Shown here piece after piece: positions 56,154 to 64,000 of a stretch of 64,000 nt of DNA (within the stretch, counting starts at the first letter, position 1; each line of letters starts with the position of its first letter). The stretch is from positions 19,902,001 through 19,966,000 of the forward strand of contig OX597814.1 in the NCBI GenBank assembly GCA_951406725.2, read 5' to 3'. Position numbers and translations under genes: made by a program. The notes under the pieces were generated by a model. The model was not told the DNA's origin and did not search any database. It worked only from the letters and a program-made list of their open reading frames with translations. The stretch is from Octopus vulgaris (taxonomy: Eukaryota).

Positions 56154-57331
56154 GTGTGCATTATGTGGTCGGTTGTGCTGAAAATATGCACACCTATGTT
56201 AAAAGTGCTGGCAAGTTTGCATGACAACTATTTTTTTCCTCAAATGAAAGGCGTGACCTCTAGGACAAAATTCCTCATCTTATAAAATGTGGCCCGAGTA
56301 AACCCGAATGAAATCGGGTTATATTAACCAAAATGTGAAAAGGGGTCTAAATGGGGCTGGAAGGGGATTAAAATTTACAGGAGCGGGTGTTTAGGAATTC
56401 TCTGTTACATCAAGCTAAAAAATTTGCGCCAGCCTTTTAATCGTCAATGTGTTGCCGTCCATGATGAAGAAGTTTTGAATGCTTGCCATGGTGAGTCTAC
56501 TGTCGTGAGAAAGAATCACTTCAAAACTTGGTGTTTAGGAATTTTCTTTTACAACAACTTCAAAATTTTACGCCAGCCGTTAAACTGCCACTACGTTGCT
56601 GTCCGTCGTTAAGAAATGCCAGCCATGGTGACTCTACTATCCTCACATTCTATCCCTTCAAACTTTGGTTTCCAATATTTTATTATTTTTATTCAGCACG
56701 CAAGTTCGTCTGTCCCTTTTAAATGTTAGTGTTTTGCTGTCTGCCTCGAAGCAGACCTTTCCGTTGTCACTACCTGATATTTATGATTGATCTTTCAAAA
56801 TATTTTATTTCTCAACTTACTCAAGATCTTTTGTTGTTTATAAATGGGAGAGAGATAGATAAAGATAGAGAGTAAGAGAAAGCGAGGGAGAGTCCGAGAG
56901 AAAAGAAAAGTAAGAGAGTGGGAAAGTGAGAGAGAAAGGAGAAACAAAGAGGGAGAATCATCATCATCATCGTTTAACGTCCGTTTTCCGTGCTAGCACG
57001 GGTTGGACAGTTTGACCGGGGTCTGGGAAGCCAGGAGGCTGCACCAGGCTCCAGTCTGATCTGGCAGTGTTTCTACAGGTGGATGCCCTTCCTAACGCCA
57101 ACCACTCTGTGAGTGTAGTGGGTGCTTTTTTCGTGCCGCCGGCACAGGTGCCAGGGGGGCTGGCAGCGGCCACGATCGGTTGGTGCTTTTTACGTGCCAC
57201 CGGCACAGAAGCCAGTCAAGGCGGCGCTGCCATCGGCCACGTTCGGATGGTGCTTTTTACGTGCTGAAAGGAAGCAACAGAAAGTAACAACCACACTCTT
57301 ACCCGCGCGTAGAGCGGGTCACCTTAAGCTA

Positions 57332-57332
<1 letters not shown>
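55240..57332 (+). mobile_element. Longer non-autonomous Helitron (family B) with nested insertions
   Basis: 5' tatatataaaa...(gttt)n; 3' acccgc-gcgtaga-gcgggt hairpin then caccttaagCTAG|T; embedded in (TA)n. Confidence 0.65.
56957..57265 (-). mobile_element. Retroposon 3' end (RTE-tail-like) with (GAT)n tail
   Basis: Minus strand ends ...ggacgttaaacgatgatgatgat; contains ggatgcccttcctaacgccaacc and three ggtgcttttt.cgtgc units. Confidence 0.65.
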
Positions 57333-57373
<41 letters not shown>

Positions 57374-58260
57374 AGCATAGTTCATAGGAATTCCAGTGAT
57401 CTTCCACTCTGGAATTAAAAACTCGGTGGTCTAAATCAGTCGAAAAATTTCCCTTCCAGTGTTTGATCAAATAAAATACAGGTAAAGCATTGACATCAAC
57501 TTGATTGATTGTCCTCTGTCTTGCCCCTTAAGTTGAGCCCGTCTTTGGAATCATCATATCTTAAATGTAAGAGCAATGGGTGGAATAATCAGTAGAAGCC
57601 GGTATAAATTTACTTAGGGTGTTGTAAAATCCTTTATATTGTGAATTCAAATTGTTCCTGTGATTGAATTTCTCCAAGACTTTCCAAGGCCAAGTACTGA
57701 GATCGATTTGATCGACTCCCCTCACTCCAAAATAAATGTAACAGTGGAGAGGGCCTTGGACAAAATACCATACTGTATTTAGTTAGGTCCTTAGTTGAAC
57801 TCCCACTTCAATAGACTTTTCCTTTCTCGATTCAGTGGTTGATAAAACGTATTTTAAAAGTATTTTACTCAAGAACGCAACACACCAACCGGTCTAGAAA
57901 TTGAAATCACGATCGCAAGTGCAACATTCTAACAACTAGGACATATATGTGTGTGAGTGTATGTGTGTATATGTGTGTGTATATATATGTATATATATAT
58001 ATATGCGTACACGTACATATATATTCATATATATGTATGTATGTGTGTGTGTATATAAGTGTGTGTATGCGTGTATATATATATATACAAACATACATAC
58101 ATACACATATATACATACATTTATATGCATAGATATGTGTGTAAATATATATATGTATATATATGTATGTATGTATATATGTATGTATGTATATGTGCGT
58201 GTGTGTGTGTGTATGTATGTATGTATGTATATGTAAATGTATGTATGTATGTATATGTAA

Positions 58261-58293
<33 letters not shown>

Positions 58294-59038
58294 TGTATAT
58301 GTAAATGTATGTATATGTAAATGTATGTATGTATTATGTATGTATGTATGTATGTATGTATGTATATGTAAATGTATGTATATGTAAATGTATGTATGTA
58401 TTATGTATGTATGTCTGTATTGCGTTATGTATCGTGCCCTTTCTAAAAGGATAGGTTTTTGGTTTGGGGTGAAATTTGACTGCTATCTTAAGCAGGTCTA
58501 ACAACCTCTTAGAGGCTTCTTCGATAGCTCGAGTTACACGTGATAGGGGTATATAAAGAAAGTGAGTAATGAAAGTCGAATTTTTTCACCCTATACTAAT
58601 CAACCAAAACTATTTTGCTTATTTTGTCTTAAAATGAAATTCCATGTTATGTATTACAAGGAAATATTTCTCTCTTCTCGAAGCATTGTTTAGTAATTTA
58701 TTCTCTTTCAACAATTCGTTAGAGTTATTTGTATACATAGTTTTCAATTGTTTTCATTTGGTTCCGTTTGGAGTATTTTGTGGCTTAATTTATTATTTCT
58801 TTGGTTCTTTTCTCTTTTCTTCCTTTCCTTTGTTCTTTGTTTCTTCCTTACTCGGTCCGATTCATTGTTAAGTGAGAAATTTTATATATTTTTCACAAGA
58901 GAAAGTGACAGTTTCCATATCAAATATGTTTGGATAATCAGTCTGAGGATTGCTGTAGTTATATTGCTATTTAACTAGTTGCTATCACTCATCTCTAGAG
59001 CATCTTACTACGTATATTTAAAGCCCATCCACCGTTGC

Positions 59039-59106
<68 letters not shown>

Positions 59107-59136
59107 TACATATATATAATACATATCTTTATGTAT

Positions 59137-59220
<84 letters not shown>

Positions 59221-59223
<3 letters not shown>

Positions 59224-59595
59224 CGCAGGAGTGGCTGTGTGGTAAGGAGCTTGCTTAACAACCACCTTGGGCAAGTGTGGCACCTTGGGCAAGTGTAGCA
59301 CCTTGGGCTAGTGTCTTCTACTATAGCCTCGGGCCGACCAAAGCCTTGTGAATGGATTTGGTCGACGGAAACTGAAAGACCGTTGTATATATATATGTGT
59401 TTGTCCCCGCAGCATTGCATGACAACCGATGCTGGTGTGTTTACGTCCCCGTCACTTAGCGGTTCGGCAAGAAAGACCAGCAGAATAAGTACTAGGCTTA
59501 CAAAGAGTAAGTCCTGGGTTCGATTTACTCGACTAAAAGCGGTGCTCCAGCATGGCCGCAGTCAAATGACTGAAACAAATAAGAGAATAAAAGAA
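59221..59595 (+). mobile_element. SINE family C with triplicated caccttgggcaagtgt motif
   Basis: ggcgcaggagtggctgtgtggtaag head; full tail to aaaagaata. Confidence 0.85.
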
Positions 59596-59596
59596 T

Positions 59597-59637
<41 letters not shown>

Positions 59638-59899
59638 CATATATATATATTCATATGAGTGTGTGCAAGTATATACATGTGTGTGTGTGTTTTGTGTATA
59701 TTAGTGTATGTGTTTCTTAGTGTATATGTGTGCACGTGTGGACCGCTGTTTGCATGAGTGTGTGTGAGTGCATGATATGGGTTTATTTGTGTGAGACATG
59801 TAGTATGTTTGTGATTGTGTGAGCTTAGCTTGTAGCTTGTGTGTAAGTATGTGATGTGAGTTTTGTGAACTTGTGGTATGTTGGCGCTTAAGTCTGCCT

Positions 59900-59924
59900 A
59901 CGTATGTATGTATGTATATGTAAC

Positions 59925-59956
<32 letters not shown>

Positions 59957-60389
59957 TGTATGTATATGTAAATATATGTATGTGTGTATGTATGTATGTA
60001 TATGTAAATATATGTATGTGTGTATGTATGTATGTGTAAATATATGTATGTGTGTATGTATGTGTGTATGTATATGTAAATATATGTATGTGTGTATGTA
60101 TGTATGTATGTATGTATGTATGTATGTATATGTAAATATATGTATGTGTGTATGTATGTATGTATGTATGTATGTATGTATGTGTAAATATATATGTGTG
60201 TATGTATGTATGTATGTATGTATGTATGTATGTATATGTAAATATATGTATGTATGTATGTATATGTAAATATATGTATGTATATGTAAATGTATGTATG
60301 TATGTATGTATGTATATGTAAATATATGTATGTATGTATGTATGTATGTATATGTAAATGTATGTATGTATGTATGTATGTATATGTAA

Positions 60390-60422
<33 letters not shown>

Positions 60423-60680
60423 TGTATGTATATGTAAATGTATGTATGTATGTATGTATATGTAAATGTATGTATGTATGTATGTATGTATGTATATGTA
60501 AATGTATGTATGTATATGTAAATGTATGTATGTATGTATGTATGTATGTATATGTAAATGTATGTATGTGTGTATGTATGTATGTATGTATATGTAAATG
60601 TATGTATGTATGTATGTATATGTAAATGCATGTATGTATGTATGTATGTATGTATATGTAAATGTATGTATGTATGTATT
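59900..60680. repeat. (TATG)n-based complex microsatellite with recurring tatgtaaa
   Basis: Direct inspection; similar tract at ~58140-58415. Confidence 0.9.
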
Positions 60681-60749
60681 GCGTTATGTACCGTGCCCTT
60701 CTGTGTGTGAGTGTAATGTGACGTGGTGCAAGCATGTGTTCGTGCGTGC

Positions 60750-60784
<35 letters not shown>

Positions 60785-61189
60785 CGTTATACGTGCATGC
60801 GTGTGTACTTGTGTGTGTGTGTGTATGTGTGTAATACGATGTGGTATGAGAAAGACAAGACAAGGGAAGGAAAAGAAAGCGAAAGAAACAGAGCATAAGG
60901 AAGAAAAAAAAAAGAAGAAAAGAGTGTTTATTCCAAAGACAAAATTAGATTCTTGTTTTGAATTCTTGCTTCCTTGTCTTGTTTAAATCCTCACCTGCAG
61001 GTGATAGAAAACAAAAGTTAGTGAATAACTCGCCAGCCTATCGGCTAATTTACACTTGAACTCCACCAAAGTACATCCAATTTCCTCCTTCACCTATTCC
61101 AATATTTCTGTATATCATTGTTGAGATTGGTGTTACTATTGGCTAATTATTAGTTAGAATGGTGGTGGTTCGACACAATTAGTTAGAGA

Positions 61190-63510
61190 AGACAGCAGCA
61201 GACAAAAGGATGTTCGAGATTTTGTTACTTTTGCGAACCTTTGCGTTCTGAGATCAAATTCCTTTGATGCCCCCCACAAAATTGGCTTTCATCTTTCCGA
61301 TCTTGGGGTCAATAAAATAAAATATTAGTCAAGTGTTAGATTTAATCTATCACCTGGTTTAAAATTTATTAGATTGGTTGATCAGCAGAAATAGTAGACA
61401 AAAGGATGCGTGAGATTTTGTTACTTTGCGAACCTTTGCGTTCTGAGATCAAATTCCTTTGATGCCCCCCCAAATTTGGCTTTCATCTTTCCGAAGTTGG
61501 GGTGGTCAATAAAATAAAATATTAGTCAAGTGTTAGATTTGATCTACTCTATCGCCTGGTTTAAAATTATTAGATTGGTTGATCAGCAGAAATAGTAGAC
61601 AAAAGGATGCGTGAGATTTTGTTGCCTTACGTACTTTTACGTTCTGAGATCAAATTCCTTTGATGCCCCCCAAAATTGGCTTTCATCTTTCCGAGGTGGG
61701 GGTGAGTCAATAAAATAAAATATTAGTCAAGTGTTAGATTTAATCTAATCTATCGCCTGGTTTAAAATTATTAGATTGGTTGATCAGCAGAAATAGTAGA
61801 CAAAAGGATGCGTGAGATTTTGTTACTTTGCGAACCTTTGCGTTCTGAGATCAAATTCCTTTGATGCCCCCCAAACTTGGCTTTCATCTTTCTGAGGTGG
61901 GGAGTCAATAAAATAAAATATTAGTCAAGTGTTAGATTTAATCTAATCTATCGCCTGGTTTAAAATTATTAGATTGGTTGATCAGCAGAAATAGTAGACA
62001 AAAGGATTCGTGAGATTTTGTTACTTTGCGAACCTTTGCGTTCTGAGATCAAATTCCTTTGATGCCCCCCCAAAATTGGCTTTCATCTTTCCGAGGTGGG
62101 GGTCAATAAAATAAAATATTAGTCAAGTGTTAGATTTAATCTAATCTATCGCCTGGTTTAAAATTATTAGATTGGTTGATCAGCAGAAATAGTAGACAAA
62201 AGGATGCGTGAGATTTTGTTACTTTGCGAACCTTTGCGTTCTGAGATCAAATTCCTTTGATGCCCCCCCCAAAATTGGCTTTCATCTTTCCGATCTTGGG
62301 GTCAATAAAATAAAATATTAGTCAAGTGTTAGATTTAATCTAATCTATCGCCTGGTTTAAAATTATTGGATTGGTTGATCAGCAGAAATAGTAGACAAAA
62401 GGATTCGTGAGATTTTGTTACTTTGCGAACCTTTGCGTTCTGAGATCAAATTCCTTTGATGCCCCCCCAAAATTGGCTTTCATCTTTCCGAGGTGGGGGG
62501 GGGTCAATAAAATAAAATATTAGTCAAGTGTTAGATTTAATCTAATCTATCGCCTGGTTTAAAATTATTGGATTGGTTGATCAGCAGAAATAGTAGACAA
62601 AAGGATGTTCGAGATTTTTGTTACTTTGCGAACCTTTGCGTTCTGAGATCAAATTCCTTTGATGCCCCCCCCAAAATTGGCTTTCATCTTTCCGATCTTG
62701 GGGTCAATAAAATAAAATATTAGTCAAGTGTTAGATTTAATCTAATCTATCGCCTGGTTTAAAATTATTAGATTGGTTGATCAGCAGAAATAGTAGACAA
62801 AAGGATGCGTGAGATTTTGTTACTTTGTGAACCTTTGCGTTCTGAGATCAAATTCCTTTGATGCCCCCCCAAAATTGGCTTTCATCTTTCCGAAGTTGGG
62901 GGTGGTCAATAAAATAAAATATTAGTCAAGTGTTAGATTTGATCTAATCTATCGCCTGGTTTAAAATTATTAGATTGGTTGATCAGCAAAAATAGTAGAC
63001 AAAAGGAGGCGTGAGATTTTGTTACTTTGCGAACCTTTGCGTTCTGAGATCAAATTCATTTGATGCCCCCCCCCAAAATTGGCTTTCATCTTTCCGATCT
63101 TGGGGTCAATAAAATAAAATATTAGTCAAGTGTTAGATTTAATCTAATCTATCGCCTGGTTTAAAATTATTGGATTGGTTGATCAGCAGAAATAGTAGAC
63201 AAAAGGATGCGTGAGATTTTGTTACTTTGCGAACATTTGCGTTCTGAGATCAAATTCCTTTGATGCCCCCCCAAAATTGGCTTTCATCTTTCCGAGGTGG
63301 GTGGGTCAATAAAATAAAATATTAGTCAAGTGTTAGATTTAATCTAATCTATCGCCTGGTTTAAAATTATTAGATTGGTTGATCAGCAGAAATAGTAGAC
63401 AAAAGGATGCGTGAGATTTTGTTACCTTACGTACTTTTACGTTCTGAGATCAAATCTCATCGACGTCATCTTTGCCTTTCATCCTTCTGGGGCGTTAATA
63501 AAATAAAATA
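61190..63510 (+). repeat. Tandem satellite, ~200-bp monomer x ~12, SINE-derived
   Basis: cagca(g/a)aaatagtagacaaaagga recurs at 61383, 61584, 61785, 61983, 62181, 62380, 62582, 62782, 62984, 63184 and 63384. Confidence 0.95.
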
Positions 63511-63543
63511 GCAATCAAATACTAGACTAGACTTACCGTATTT

Positions 63544-63958
63544 GGCGGCGAGCTGGCAGAAACGTTAGCGCGCCGGGCGAAATGCTTAGCGGTATTTCGT
63601 CCGCCGCTGCGTTCCGAGTTCAAATTCTGCCGAGGTCAACTTTGCCTTTCATCCTTTCAGGGTCGATAAATTAAGCACCAGTTACGCACTGGGGTCGATG
63701 TAATCGACTTAATCCGTTCGTCTGTCCTTGTTTGACCCCTCTGTGTTTAGCCTCTTGTGGGTAGTAAAGAAATAGGTATTTCGTCTGTCGTTACGTTCTG
63801 AGTTCAAAATCCGCCGAGGTCGACTTTGCCTTTCATCCTTTCAGGGTCGATAAATAAAGTACCAGTTTCGCACTGGGGTCGATGTAATCGACTTAATCCC
63901 GTTGTATTTCCTTGTTTGTCCCCTCTATGTTTAGCCCCTTGTGGGTAGTAAAGAAATA
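63544..63958 (+). mobile_element. SINE family A, dimeric copy
   Basis: 21-bp TSD tagactagacttac(c/t)gtattt at 63523-63543 and 63959-63979; same dimer junction as 3745-4157. Confidence 0.9.
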
Positions 63959-64000
63959 TAGACTAGACTTACTGTATTTATTCGCGTATAAGTTTCACTA

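Noticed and set aside
61190-63510. CRISPR-like array
   Set aside because: Whole ~200-bp units repeat with no unique spacers, there are no cas genes, and the context is eukaryotic.

Overview
AT-rich, microsatellite-saturated eukaryotic intergenic/intronic DNA. The repeat families look like those of an octopus (coleoid cephalopod); this is inferred from SINE sequence style, not a database match. No intact protein-coding gene is supported, and nearly all listed ORFs are microsatellite artefacts. The window is a nest of mobile elements: three tRNA-derived SINE families, a ~390-bp non-autonomous Helitron family (including a head-to-tail dimer), MITEs, and decayed Tc1/mariner, L1/Tx1, R4/Dong-like (RLE) and Penelope-like elements. 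The most notable observations are: (1) several type I hammerhead ribozyme folds with palindromic stem III, including a G3-C8 compensatory core variant inside a 260-bp palindrome; (2) a ~690-bp 28S rRNA fragment inserted into a (GT)n site with an apparent target-site duplication; (3) a ~200-bp satellite array built from a SINE fragment; (4) RLE-type LINE copies that consistently sit in (CATA)n repeats. All structures were read by eye and need computational confirmation.
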